A stretch of DNA of 64,000 nt, taken from positions 96,001-160,000 of the forward strand of contig JBNKHE010000008.1 in assembly GCA_050290185.1 (NCBI GenBank), written 5' to 3'. This stretch comes from Pontiella sp. (lineage in GTDB: Bacteria; Verrucomicrobiota; Kiritimatiellia; Kiritimatiellales; Pontiellaceae). The notes beneath the pieces are model-generated. The model did no database searches. It was not told the origin of the DNA and worked only from the letters and a program-made list of their open reading frames with translations. Positions 27,142-36,834 of this stretch are shown one piece after another; position 1 is the first letter of the stretch; each line of letters begins with the position of its first letter. The position numbers and the translations under genes were made by a program.

Positions 27142-29370
27142 TCAATTCATCCGGGCCATGCCCATAATCTGCTGGAATTCGATGGGTTCGGCCGCAAGGA
27201 CAAAGGCCAGCGGGGGCATGTCGTGAGTCGCCTGCATCAGGCTTTCGTAATAGTGGCTGTACGTCTCCATCGATTCGTCCCCGCCCGGGGGGCGCATGCC
27301 CATGAAAACCAGTCCGGCGTTGGCGGACGCGATGCGGATCATGTCATAGTAGCTGGGCTGATCCTTGATCAGCACTTCAGCGGTGGCGGGCAGGCGCTGG
27401 TCGTCGATGAAGTGCTCCAGCCGTTCGAGCGCGCCGGCGCGTTCGTCCTCGGTCTGGACAATGGTCTTGACGATGAGCTTGGACTGTTTCCAGATCGGAC
27501 TCTTCTGGATCTGGTAGGCGAGCGTGAGAATCAGGCCTATATTGTTGGTGTCGCCACCCCACCAGACGTGGATTTCATCTTCATCGCTCAGGGGTTCAGC
27601 ATCGGTGTCGCGGACCATGATCAGGTTTCGCTGTGTGCGGTAGACCAGCTTGATAAGCTCGGAAAATTCGGCGAAGTTTTCGCGGTTTTCCGTATCGCCG
27701 AGCATGATCGTGTTCGGCGTGAGCGGGCCGTAGCCGTAGGCGCGTACGAGGGCGGAAGCGCCGGAAAGCATATTGGGCGAGGGGAAGATCTTGACCATGG
27801 CATCGACTTCGCGCTTTTCGAGGTATTCGCGTAGCGAGTTTTCCATGCTTCGCACTTTTTCCGCCGACCAGTCTTCGACGGGGAGTACGCTGGCGACGGT
27901 GAGCGAGCTGCTGTGACGGGTGAGCGAAGAGGCCATTTCGACCAGATGCCAGCGTGATTTCGGCGATCCGCTCAGCGCCAGGATGTTGGGTCTCCATGTC
28001 CGTTCGTCGGGCTTAAGCTTGTTGAGGCGGTGGACGGCAAAACGGACGAGCAGGGTCAGGATGCCGTAGCGCATGTCGCTCCAATGGGCGTTCAGTCGTC
28101 GGCGCTTCACCAGATAGAAGACGATTGCGGTGATCAGTATCGCGATAATGGTTTGGCCCGCATCGATCATCAGCATGACGGCGAAGCATCCCGCCGAACC
28201 CAGCAGCGAGAAGCCATAATACACCTTGAACTTGGGACGCCACGACGGGCTTTCAATCAGTCCTTCGAGCCCGGCCGACAGGTTGAGCAGACCGTAGGAG
28301 AGCAGAAAGAACATGGAGAGGATCGGCGCGATGGCGTTAAGGTCACCCAGCAGCACGGCCGCCAGCGCCACGGCAAATGCAATGGCGGTGGCAATGCGCG
28401 GGTCGGCCTTGTCCTTGCCGAAGCCCTTGCCGATGAAAGGCGGGATGACACGGTCGTTGGCCAGTGCCTGCAGCATGCGCGGCGCCCCGAGCAAGGATCC
28501 GAGTGCACTGGAGAGCGAGGCGGCAAAGATGCCGGCGACAATCAGCCAGCCCCAGCGGGCAATGGATTGCATGATGTTGTAGTCGACCCGCAACAGATCA
28601 GGGTTCTTGACCTTGGCGGCGATGAACATGGGCAGCAGCATGTAGACGATGTAGCCGACGGCAATGGCGGCGAGCGTTCCGCGGGGTAGCGATTTGGCCG
28701 GATCCTTTAGGTCGCCCGACATGCCCAGTCCGGCTTCGATGCCGGTAACGGCGGGGAAGAAAACCGCGAAGACCACCCAGAACGACTTGGCTTCGGGGAT
28801 GAAGGTGCCTTCGGGGATTCTCAGGATTCCCGCATCGCTGACGCCTAGGAAGAAGGAGACGAGCGAAGCGATGATGGTGGCCATGATGAAGAACTGCACC
28901 TTGAGCGCGAGGTCGGCGGAAATGTAGGCCAGCGCCGTCAAGGCCACGAGGGTTCCGGCCGAGATCAGTTTGCCGGTCATTGCGTGGGTGGCGGGATCCA
29001 TGCCCATCAATGCCTGAACGGCTTCGGTGAAGCCGGCGATGTAGAAGGCGACCCCGAAGGAGCGTGCAAAGAAGAGCGGGATGCCAATAGCCACGCCGGC
29101 CTCGATCCCGAGGGAGCGGGAGATGATGTAGTAGGCACCACCGGTGCCCACTTTCATGTTGGTGGCCATCGCGGAGATGGACAGGCCGGTAAAGAAGGTG
29201 ATCGAGGTGGCAAGCGTTACAATGATCAGGGTCTGGGCGATGCCGACATTGCCGACGACCCAGCCGAAGCGCAGGTACATGATGACGCCGAAAATCGTAA
29301 GCACGCTGGGCGTGAATACGCCCTTGAAGGTGCCGAAAGCGTATCCCTTCTGTTTCTCGATTCCATTCAT
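27142..29370 (-). CDS. Cation-chloride cotransporter (SLC12/CCC-like) paralog 1
   Basis: Same SLC12 motifs, and collinear with the downstream paralog over its full length. Confidence 0.9.
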   Translation of the reverse strand: MNGIEKQKGYAFGTFKGVFTPSVLTIFGVIMYLRFGWVVGNVGIAQTLIIVTLATSITFFTGLSISAMATNMKVGTGGAYYIISRSLGIEAGVAIGIPLFFARSFGVAFYIAGFTEAVQALMGMDPATHAMTGKLISAGTLVALTALAYISADLALKVQFFIMATIIASLVSFFLGVSDAGILRIPEGTFIPEAKSFWVVFAVFFPAVTGIEAGLGMSGDLKDPAKSLPRGTLAAIAVGYIVYMLLPMFIAAKVKNPDLLRVDYNIMQSIARWGWLIVAGIFAASLSSALGSLLGAPRMLQALANDRVIPPFIGKGFGKDKADPRIATAIAFAVALAAVLLGDLNAIAPILSMFFLLSYGLLNLSAGLEGLIESPSWRPKFKVYYGFSLLGSAGCFAVMLMIDAGQTIIAILITAIVFYLVKRRRLNAHWSDMRYGILTLLVRFAVHRLNKLKPDERTWRPNILALSGSPKSRWHLVEMASSLTRHSSSLTVASVLPVEDWSAEKVRSMENSLREYLEKREVDAMVKIFPSPNMLSGASALVRAYGYGPLTPNTIMLGDTENRENFAEFSELIKLVYRTQRNLIMVRDTDAEPLSDEDEIHVWWGGDTNNIGLILTLAYQIQKSPIWKQSKLIVKTIVQTEDERAGALERLEHFIDDQRLPATAEVLIKDQPSYYDMIRIASANAGLVFMGMRPPGGDESMETYSHYYESLMQATHDMPPLAFVLAAEPIEFQQIMGMARMN

Positions 29371-29522
29371 TGGCGCTCTCCTGCAAGGTGGGTGGGCTTG
29401 AAAAATATTTAAGTATCGGTACGTTTATAACTGGCCATAATAGTGGTTTATGGCGACAATTTTTCCAGTCTAATCGCGTGGCAATATGGGTCGCGGTGCC
29501 GGATGGATGGGATATGACGGGC

Positions 29523-30055
29523 ATGAAGAAAATCAGGTTGGCCATCACGACAGGGTGTCTTGCGGTTTTTCCGTGGGCAGCGGGGGATGAGCTTCTCGTC
29601 GGTGCCGGCTAAGGGGAACAGGTCGGGTTTGGCGAGTACTCGCAGAACAATACGATCGTCGATGTGCTTTATGATTTCTACCGCATCGATCAGGGGGAGT
29701 TTCAGCTTTCCTTCGGCGTCGGCCTTTCCTGGCTCTTGAACGATTTCGATCGTAAAGAGGTTTTGCTGGGCTGCATCTACCCGTCGTTCCGATACTATTT
29801 GACGGGAAGTGAATTCTTCACGACCTACGTCTTCGCCACGACGGGATTTTCGTACATGACGGACCCGTCGTTCGGCCACCAGATTCTCGGCGCTATTTTT
29901 CCTTCAACGATTTTATCGGGGCAGGAACCTATGTGGGGCGCGAACGGGTCTGGAGTATAAATGTTTGCTGGCGTCATATCTCCAATGGCGGCATTTTCAA
30001 ACCCAACCGGGGCATCGATATCCCGCTGTGTGTGTTGATCGGATATCGGTTTTAA
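29523..30055 (+). pseudogene. PagL / acyloxyacyl hydrolase-like outer-membrane barrel, disrupted
   Basis: Signal peptide, an in-frame TAA at 29610-29612, and a frameshift near 29890. The C-terminal frame gives WRHISNGGIFKPNRGID...GYRF* (PagL HxSN motif, terminal Phe). Confidence 0.75.
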
Positions 30056-30342
30056 AAGGCCGGCTTCACCGGGGCCCGCAAGTGCACGCGTGCCCGGTCA
30101 CCGGCTCCGATGGCGCGGGTAATGATCGACGCCGAGCCTGTGGAAAAGCCGATTGAGAGTGCCCCGACCATCATGACCACGGCAAAGGTAAAGCCCATGG
30201 CCGCCAGCTCTTCCGTGCCCAGCCGCGATACAAACCAGGTATCGGTCAGGTTAAACACCATGATGGCGAACATACCGCCGATGCTCGGCAGGGTCAGCCG
30301 GGCCAGGTGTGCGGGCACGCTTCCGCTGAGAAGCTTGCTCAC
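30052..30342 (-). pseudogene. Truncated MATE efflux transporter (N-terminal ~85 aa only)
   Basis: LARLTLPSIGGM...NLTDTWFVSRLGTEELAA...IITRAIGAGD, then the frame ends. Coupled to the RND gene stop. Confidence 0.8.
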
Positions 30343-33300
30343 TGTGGCCGCTGATCCTTCCGTCCCTTGAAGATCCGTGAAACATCGTCAAGGATCATCG
30401 TCAGCGCCGGAATGAGCAGCAGGGTGATGCCGGTGGCGAACAGAATGCCGAACCCCAGCGAGATCGCCATGGGGATCAGGAACTTGGCCTGGCGCGAGGT
30501 TTCAAAAATCATCGGCGTAAGCCCAAAGAAGGTGGTGAGCGTAGTCAGGATGATCGGGCGGAAACGCTGCACGCCGGCCGCGACGACGGCATCGTGCATG
30601 TTGGCCCCTTCGCGCCGGCGGCGGTTGGCGAAGTCGATAAACACGAGCGAGTCGTTGACCACGACCCCGGTGAGCGCTACCAAGCCAAAGAGGCTGATCA
30701 GGCTGAGGCTGTAGCCCAGGACCAGGTGACCTATGACCGCTCCGACGATGCCGAAGGGAATGCTGACCATGATGATCAATGGTTGGCCATAGCTCTTGAA
30801 CGGGATGGCAAGGAGGACATAGATGAGCAACTGGGCAATCAGCAATCCGGCCAACAACCCGCCCACACTTTCCTTGCGATCCGCCTGCCGGCCTTCGAAG
30901 GAATAGGAGAGGCCGGGATATTTCTGCATGACCTCCGGCAGGATTTCGGTCTTCAACACCTCCAGCATCTGCGCCACCTGGTCGCGGGGTTTGACGTCGG
31001 AGGAGACGGTAATGACGCGTCGGCCGTTGCGGCGGGTAATGGAGGTGTAGGCCCGTCCGCGCTTGACCTCCACGACCTCGCGCAACGGCACTTCGGTTCC
31101 CGCCGGGGTGCGCACAATCATTTCCTCCAGACTGTGTTCGGTGTCGCGTTCCGATTCGGGTAGGCGGACCATCACCTTGATTTCGTTGCGCCCGCGTTGC
31201 TGGCGGATGGCCTCCGCGCCGTAGTAGGAGTTGCGCACCTGCCTCGCGATATCGCGGGAGGTCAGTCCAAGGCTGCGCCCGGCGGGCAGGATCGAAAAGT
31301 CGATCTGCGGCTTACCGGGGGTGAAGCCATCGTCGATATCCTTGACCATGGGAAAGTCCGCGAGCCGCGCCGCCACGTCTTTACTGGCCTGTTCGAGCAC
31401 TTCCATACTGCGGTGCGACAGTTCCACCGTGAGGGCATCAGAACCGCCACCGGGGCCGCCGCTGTCGTCGCGGAAGCGAATGTTTTTCAGCCCGCCGATT
31501 TCGCCGGCAGCCTTGCGCCATTGATCCACGAATTCCTTGGTGGAGACGGGTCGGGTATCGGGATCTTCCAACTGGAAGGTTACCCGTCCAACGTGGCTTC
31601 CGCCCGGGCCGCCGCGCCCGCCAATCCCAATTTCAGATAGCACACCGACTCCCAGTTTCTTGCCGGTTCTCTTTTCGATGTCGGCGATGAGCTGGTTGCC
31701 GGCTGCGAGCACGCGGTCGTGCACGGCCTTGGTTTTTTCAACCGGTGCGCCGTAGGGGAGGGTAAAGCTACACATGGCCAGGTCGGATTCAACGCTGGGA
31801 AACATGTCGAAGCCCAGCCGTCCGCTCTTCACGTAGCCGATGGTGATGATCAGGATCACCAAGCCGATCGAGAGCGTGACGTAGCGGAGGTGGAGGGCCC
31901 GGTCTAGGAACGGACCGTAGATGTCGCTTACAAAGTGCCGGAACTTGCGGCTGAAGCGTTGCTGGAAACGGTGAACGACGTTGGACTGGTCCAGATCCTT
32001 TTGATGGGCCAGGTGGGCGGGCAGGATGAACAGCGCCTCGACCAGCGAAATGACGAAGGTGGTGCAGACCACCATGGGGATGTTGCGGAAAAACTTGCCC
32101 ATCACGCCGGGGACGAAGTAGAGCGGCATGAAGGCCACGATGTTGGTCAGGATGCTGAAGGTCACCGGCATCGCGATCTCCCGTGCGCCCTTGATGGCCG
32201 CCTGCAGGAACGGCATACCGTCCTGATGGTAGTGGTAGATGTTTTCGCCGACCACGATGGCATCGTCAACCACGATACCAAGCGAGATCAGGAACGCAAA
32301 CATGGTGATCATGTTCAGACTCACGTCCATGCTGTCCATGAACAGGAATGTGCCGAGGAAGGAGATGGGAATACCCAGCATGACCCAGAACGCGAGGCGC
32401 AGTTCAAGGAATAGTCCCAACAGGATGAATACAAGACAGAGCCCGAGTGCCCCGTTTTTCAGCAACAGACCCATGCGGCCGCGGAAATAGTCGGCGCGGT
32501 TGTCCCAGATGGTGAGCGAAACGCCATCGGGCATGGTGGCGCGCAGCTCGTCTAGAACCTCGCGGACCGAATCGTCGACCGAGACCGGGGTTTCCTTGCC
32601 AACGCGATAGGCGGTGAGTGTCAGGGCCGGCTTATCGTTGTAATAGGTAAACTTGTCGGATTCGTCGAAGCTGTCGCGGATCTCGGCAATATTCTCCAGT
32701 CGGAGCTGTGTTCCATCGGGAGCGGTGACGATTGGAATGCGGGCGAACTCGCGTCCCAGATCCCGCCGGTCCTTGACGCGCACGAGGATTTCACCACCCC
32801 GGGTTTTCATTCCGCCTCCCGGCAGTTCGACCGAGTTGCGGGAAACAATGTTGGCGACGTCCTGCAGTGTCATGTCAAGTTCGCGCAACTTGTCCTGCGG
32901 GATTTCAATGGCAATCTCGTAGCTGCGTACATTGGAAAACTCGACCTGGGTGATGCCATCGGATTGCAGCAACCGGTCGCGTACCTGTTCGGCCAGCTCG
33001 CGGAGGACGCCGTCGGGCACATCGGCCGAGACAATCACATCCAGCACGGCGCGTTTCAGGATGATGGTGCTGACGATCGGTTTTTCGGCTTCGAGCGGGA
33101 AGGTGCGGATGCGGTTGATTTCGTTGCGGACATCGTCGGTGACGCGGTTGACGTCGCGGCCTTCGAGCACCTCGATTTGAACACTACCCGAACCCTCGTT
33201 GGCCGTGGCCGTGACTTCCTTGACGCCATCGATGCCGCGTACGGCTTCCTCGACCACGAGTAGGATTCCTTGTTCGACCTCCTCCGGATTGGCACCGGGA

Positions 33301-33473
33301 TAGGGCACCACCACGGAAACCATGTCCAACTGGGCTTCGGGCAGAAACTCCTGCTTAACCTTGGTGGCAGCAAAGAAACCGCCCACGATCAAAACCATCA
33401 TAAGGATGTTGGCCGCAACGGAATTGCGCGCCATCCAGGCAATGGGGCCGCGTTTTGGTCCTTCAAGTTCCAT
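30339..33473 (-). CDS. RND efflux permease (AcrB/AcrD/AcrF family)
   Basis: 1044 aa. GIVVDDAIVVGENI, GVVVNDSLV and RFRPIILTTLTT. Confidence 0.95.
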   Translation of the reverse strand: MELEGPKRGPIAWMARNSVAANILMMVLIVGGFFAATKVKQEFLPEAQLDMVSVVVPYPGANPEEVEQGILLVVEEAVRGIDGVKEVTATANEGSGSVQIEVLEGRDVNRVTDDVRNEINRIRTFPLEAEKPIVSTIILKRAVLDVIVSADVPDGVLRELAEQVRDRLLQSDGITQVEFSNVRSYEIAIEIPQDKLRELDMTLQDVANIVSRNSVELPGGGMKTRGGEILVRVKDRRDLGREFARIPIVTAPDGTQLRLENIAEIRDSFDESDKFTYYNDKPALTLTAYRVGKETPVSVDDSVREVLDELRATMPDGVSLTIWDNRADYFRGRMGLLLKNGALGLCLVFILLGLFLELRLAFWVMLGIPISFLGTFLFMDSMDVSLNMITMFAFLISLGIVVDDAIVVGENIYHYHQDGMPFLQAAIKGAREIAMPVTFSILTNIVAFMPLYFVPGVMGKFFRNIPMVVCTTFVISLVEALFILPAHLAHQKDLDQSNVVHRFQQRFSRKFRHFVSDIYGPFLDRALHLRYVTLSIGLVILIITIGYVKSGRLGFDMFPSVESDLAMCSFTLPYGAPVEKTKAVHDRVLAAGNQLIADIEKRTGKKLGVGVLSEIGIGGRGGPGGSHVGRVTFQLEDPDTRPVSTKEFVDQWRKAAGEIGGLKNIRFRDDSGGPGGGSDALTVELSHRSMEVLEQASKDVAARLADFPMVKDIDDGFTPGKPQIDFSILPAGRSLGLTSRDIARQVRNSYYGAEAIRQQRGRNEIKVMVRLPESERDTEHSLEEMIVRTPAGTEVPLREVVEVKRGRAYTSITRRNGRRVITVSSDVKPRDQVAQMLEVLKTEILPEVMQKYPGLSYSFEGRQADRKESVGGLLAGLLIAQLLIYVLLAIPFKSYGQPLIIMVSIPFGIVGAVIGHLVLGYSLSLISLFGLVALTGVVVNDSLVFIDFANRRRREGANMHDAVVAAGVQRFRPIILTTLTTFFGLTPMIFETSRQAKFLIPMAISLGFGILFATGITLLLIPALTMILDDVSRIFKGRKDQRPQ

Positions 33474-33477
33474 GAAA

Positions 33478-34620
33478 TTATTCCTCGTTGTTGGACGGGT
33501 TGACGGCCATGCCCTGGATGGGGGCGGTCAGCTCGGAAACAATCAGCTGGTCATCGTTCGCGATGCCATCGCGGATCAGAATCCGCTGTCCATCGCGCCA
33601 GAGTACCTGGACGTTCCGGATGTCAAGTGCCCCCTCAACCGTGGCGATCCAGATTTGTGAATTATTGTGCAGGGCCTCGCGCGGAATGCTGTACACATTT
33701 TCTATGGTCCGCCCATGGATTGCCGTCCGGACATATTCCCCGATCAGCAGCGGTTTCTTCTCGGCGTTTTCGGGCTTCAGACAGAGCGGATCGCGGACTT
33801 CCACCAGCAGGCGGGCCATGCGGCCTTTTTCTTCCAGATCGGCCAGTAGCCGGATTACCCGCCCTTCGCGTTCTGCGCCGGAGAAGGAGGTCACCTGGAC
33901 GTTGCTTCCCGGAATATCGACCCATTCCAGCCGGTCGACCGGAATGGATACGATCACCCAATAGGCATCGGTGCCCGCCAGTGTGGCGAGCGCGTCCTGC
34001 TGCGAGGCCTGCGATCCGATATTAACGTTACGGTTCACGACCACCGCGTTGAATGGTGCCGTGACCGATGTCCGTTCGAGATCCAGTCGTGTATTTTCCA
34101 GCGTGGCTTCCGCCGCCTGGAGCGCGGCTTTGCTGGCGGCAAGGTGCGGCACGCGCAGGGCCAGTTCCTTTTCCTGCTCGGAGGCATCGTCTGTCTTAAA
34201 CAGTTCCCATTCGCGTTTGGCGACATCCTGCCGGCCCAGCTCAAGCTTGTAGTTGAAGCGTGCCGTTTCCAGCGCGGATTCAGCAGTTGCCATGGCCAGC
34301 TTGTAGTCGAGCGGGTCGATCCTGACGGCCTCTTCGTCTTTGTTCAGGAAACCGCCGTCGATAAAGTTTGTGGAGATGGCAACGACCTCCCCGCTCACAC
34401 GGGCGCGCAATACGATTTTTTCTGCAGGAACGACGGTTCCGGCAAGCGTGAGCACGACGGTTTCATCGTTGTTGACAAGCGGCATGGTCTCGACCAGTGC
34501 GGCGGTTTTCGCGGGGCGCTTCTTTTCCGCTTTGGGGGCGGTCACCACCAGAATAATGCAGATGCCGGAGGCGACGACCAGCAGGACGGCGCAGAGCAGG
34601 ATGATGGATGATTTTCGCAT
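33478..34620 (-). CDS. RND membrane-fusion (periplasmic adaptor) protein
   Basis: N-terminal TM, lipoyl halves (VSGEVV, APFNAVV) and a coiled hairpin. Confidence 0.92.
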   Translation of the reverse strand: MRKSSIILLCAVLLVVASGICIILVVTAPKAEKKRPAKTAALVETMPLVNNDETVVLTLAGTVVPAEKIVLRARVSGEVVAISTNFIDGGFLNKDEEAVRIDPLDYKLAMATAESALETARFNYKLELGRQDVAKREWELFKTDDASEQEKELALRVPHLAASKAALQAAEATLENTRLDLERTSVTAPFNAVVVNRNVNIGSQASQQDALATLAGTDAYWVIVSIPVDRLEWVDIPGSNVQVTSFSGAEREGRVIRLLADLEEKGRMARLLVEVRDPLCLKPENAEKKPLLIGEYVRTAIHGRTIENVYSIPREALHNNSQIWIATVEGALDIRNVQVLWRDGQRILIRDGIANDDQLIVSELTAPIQGMAVNPSNNEE

Positions 34621-34632
34621 AAGGGGTCTCCA

Positions 34633-36036
34633 TTAGTTCGAGGTAAATTCACTGGGCCAGCTGCCGCCAAGCGCGCGGTATAGATTGATGCGGTATTGCA
34701 GCAGGTCGTATTGCGCCGCGACCCGGTTACGCTCAATGGCCTGCAGGGTATTGAGCTGAATAAGTACGGTGGTGTAATCAATCAGTCCGTTGCGGTAGCG
34801 GTTGATCGCTTCGTTGTAGGAAAGCTGTGCCGACTCCAGTTGCTGATCGAGTAGTTCGATATAGTTGTGCTGTTTCTGTTCGGAGGCCAAGGCGTTCTCT
34901 ACTTCCTTGACGGCGTTGATTACCGTTGCGCGATAGACTGCGAGGCGCTCATCGACGATTGCGCGTGTACGCTCGACTTCGGCCTTGCGGCGCCCGCCTT
35001 CAAAGATGGGGCCCGTGACGCTGGCCGCCAAATTGGCAATCCAGTCATCGAACACGTTGCCGATGTCGATTCTGCTTCCGCCGTATGTTGCAGAGGCGGT
35101 CAGGCGAATGGCCGGCAGGCGATCCGCACGTGCGGCACTCACGCTCCAGTCGGCCGATTGCAGGGATAACCCCGCCTGGCGCACATCGGGACGGTTGGCG
35201 AGAATATCGGCGGGAATGCCGATCGCGGGGAGATCTCCAACGGCCGGAAGCTCGGATTCGGTGATATCCAGCGAATGCAAGTCGGTACGGCCGAGCAATG
35301 CCGCCAGCTCGTTGTTCAGCAGTTCTTCGTTTAGTTGGGCCAGCGGAATGGCCGATGCCGTCGCGGAAACCACTTGCCGTTGTTGATACACATCCAACGC
35401 GGAGGAGAGTGATTTGCGGAAGCGCAGTTCGGTCAGTTCGAGCGAGGATTTATTTGCTTCCAGCTGGCGGTCAAGAACCTCGAGCTTCAGCCGTTGGGAA
35501 AGGATGGCGCTCCAGCGCAGGGCGACTTGCGAGGACAGTGTGATCATGGCCGTGTCGACTTGTTCGCGTGATGCCTCGCGGTCGAGCGCAGCGGCTTCGG
35601 CCTTGGACTTCACGCGGCCCCAAAGATCAAGCTCGTAGGTTGCGTTGGCACCCAGGTTAAAGCTATTGAAGGAATCGGAGCCGGAATATAAGCCGGTGGA
35701 GGTCTGCTGTCTGGAGGTCGAAGCATTCGCGGTATAGTTGGCGGACGGGAGCCTCGAAGCGCCCGCCTGGGTTGCGATGGCGTCGGCCTGAGCCAGGCGA
35801 GCCCATGCCTGCTGGATCGTTGGACTGTTGGTCAGGGCCTCTTCGATAAGTGCGTTCAACTCCTCCGACTCGAAAGATTCCCACCACCGGTTGGTGGTGT
35901 CGGGCGTTTCGTCCGTATAGAGCGAGAATCGTTTGGGAAGGGCGGCGTTCAGGTCGCTGTGTTCCGGTGGAGAGAAGATTGCACACGAGGAAAGCAACAG
36001 GGCCAGGACGGGACTGATCTGACAGATCTGTCTCAT
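34633..36036 (-). CDS. NodT/OprM-type outer-membrane efflux lipoprotein
   Basis: Lipobox LSSC, WWESF, YELDLWG, LANRPDV and LYRALGGSW. Confidence 0.93.
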   Translation of the reverse strand: MRQICQISPVLALLLSSCAIFSPPEHSDLNAALPKRFSLYTDETPDTTNRWWESFESEELNALIEEALTNSPTIQQAWARLAQADAIATQAGASRLPSANYTANASTSRQQTSTGLYSGSDSFNSFNLGANATYELDLWGRVKSKAEAAALDREASREQVDTAMITLSSQVALRWSAILSQRLKLEVLDRQLEANKSSLELTELRFRKSLSSALDVYQQRQVVSATASAIPLAQLNEELLNNELAALLGRTDLHSLDITESELPAVGDLPAIGIPADILANRPDVRQAGLSLQSADWSVSAARADRLPAIRLTASATYGGSRIDIGNVFDDWIANLAASVTGPIFEGGRRKAEVERTRAIVDERLAVYRATVINAVKEVENALASEQKQHNYIELLDQQLESAQLSYNEAINRYRNGLIDYTTVLIQLNTLQAIERNRVAAQYDLLQYRINLYRALGGSWPSEFTSN

Positions 36037-36668
36037 GGGTGTATGTCCTTTTGGATTTCCTTTAATCCGCCCAGCGAGAAGGTCGCAATGTGGCGGGCCG
36101 TTCGTTCGATCTCTTCTTCGCTCATGGTATTGCAGCCCAGCACCCGTTCACGAAGAGGGCGGCTGAAATTGTAGAAGGCGCATTGGCCGATGATGCTGTG
36201 CATGCAAAGGCGAAGTTGCGTTTCGTCGATCGATGTTCCCAGCGAGGTGCGCAATGCGGCGGCAAGAAATTCACTCTGTGGTCTCAGCACCTCCTTGGCA
36301 ATGCGGTCGAGTGCCAGCGTAGGCGCGGCCATTTCGCGGTAGAGCAGCTTGGCAAACAGCCCGGTTTCGTTTTCGCTGAAGACGCGGTGAAGTATGGCGA
36401 TGGCATGACTGTAGAGATAATCGAAAAGAACGGGATTATCCGGAAGCCGGGCATCGACGGGGTAGGCCTGGTTGGTCAGCTCAAAGGCATGGTGCCAGAC
36501 GGCATCGTAGAGGGTTTCCTTGTCGCCAAAATGATAGTTCACGGCAGCGATATTGGCTTCGGCAACTTCGCAGATTTCCGCCACGGTGGCGTCACGGTAG
36601 CCTTTTTCCGCAAACACGGCGCAGGCAGCACTCAAAAGACGGTTTTTGGTGGATTTGGGTTTGTTCAT
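36033..36668 (-). CDS. TetR family regulator (CecR/YbiH-like)
   Basis: FAEKGY.DATVAEIC..A.ANIAAVNYHFGDKE.LY, with C-terminal HIATFSLGG. Confidence 0.9.
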   Translation of the reverse strand: MNKPKSTKNRLLSAACAVFAEKGYRDATVAEICEVAEANIAAVNYHFGDKETLYDAVWHHAFELTNQAYPVDARLPDNPVLFDYLYSHAIAILHRVFSENETGLFAKLLYREMAAPTLALDRIAKEVLRPQSEFLAAALRTSLGTSIDETQLRLCMHSIIGQCAFYNFSRPLRERVLGCNTMSEEEIERTARHIATFSLGGLKEIQKDIHP

Positions 36669-36672
36669 GAAA

Positions 36673-36688
36673 TCAAATATCTATTTGA
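36673..36688. promoter_or_regulatory. Candidate TetR operator palindrome
   Basis: TCAAATA-TC-TATTTGA, a perfect 7-2-7 palindrome just upstream of the tetR start. Confidence 0.65.
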
Positions 36689-36834
36689 AATAGTCGTTTG
36701 TAAAGTGGAGTTTACATGCAAGATTGTCAACTGCATGAATTTAGCATTAAAAGCCCTGTATTTAATGCGTTTTTTAGAATGGCCAGCAGTTGTTAACAGG
36801 TTGTCAACAGTTCGGCATTTTCCCCTTGGAGCCC

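Noticed and set aside
27020..27145. N-terminal extension of the second CCC gene as given in the ORF track
   Set aside because: Homology with the first paralog and a strong RBS both point to ATG 27019 as the start.
36789..36810. GTTGTTAACAG/GTTGTCAACAG 11-bp tandem as a Pho box for phoA
   Set aside because: It lies downstream of phoA. It might regulate the efflux operon, but two units alone are too weak to call.
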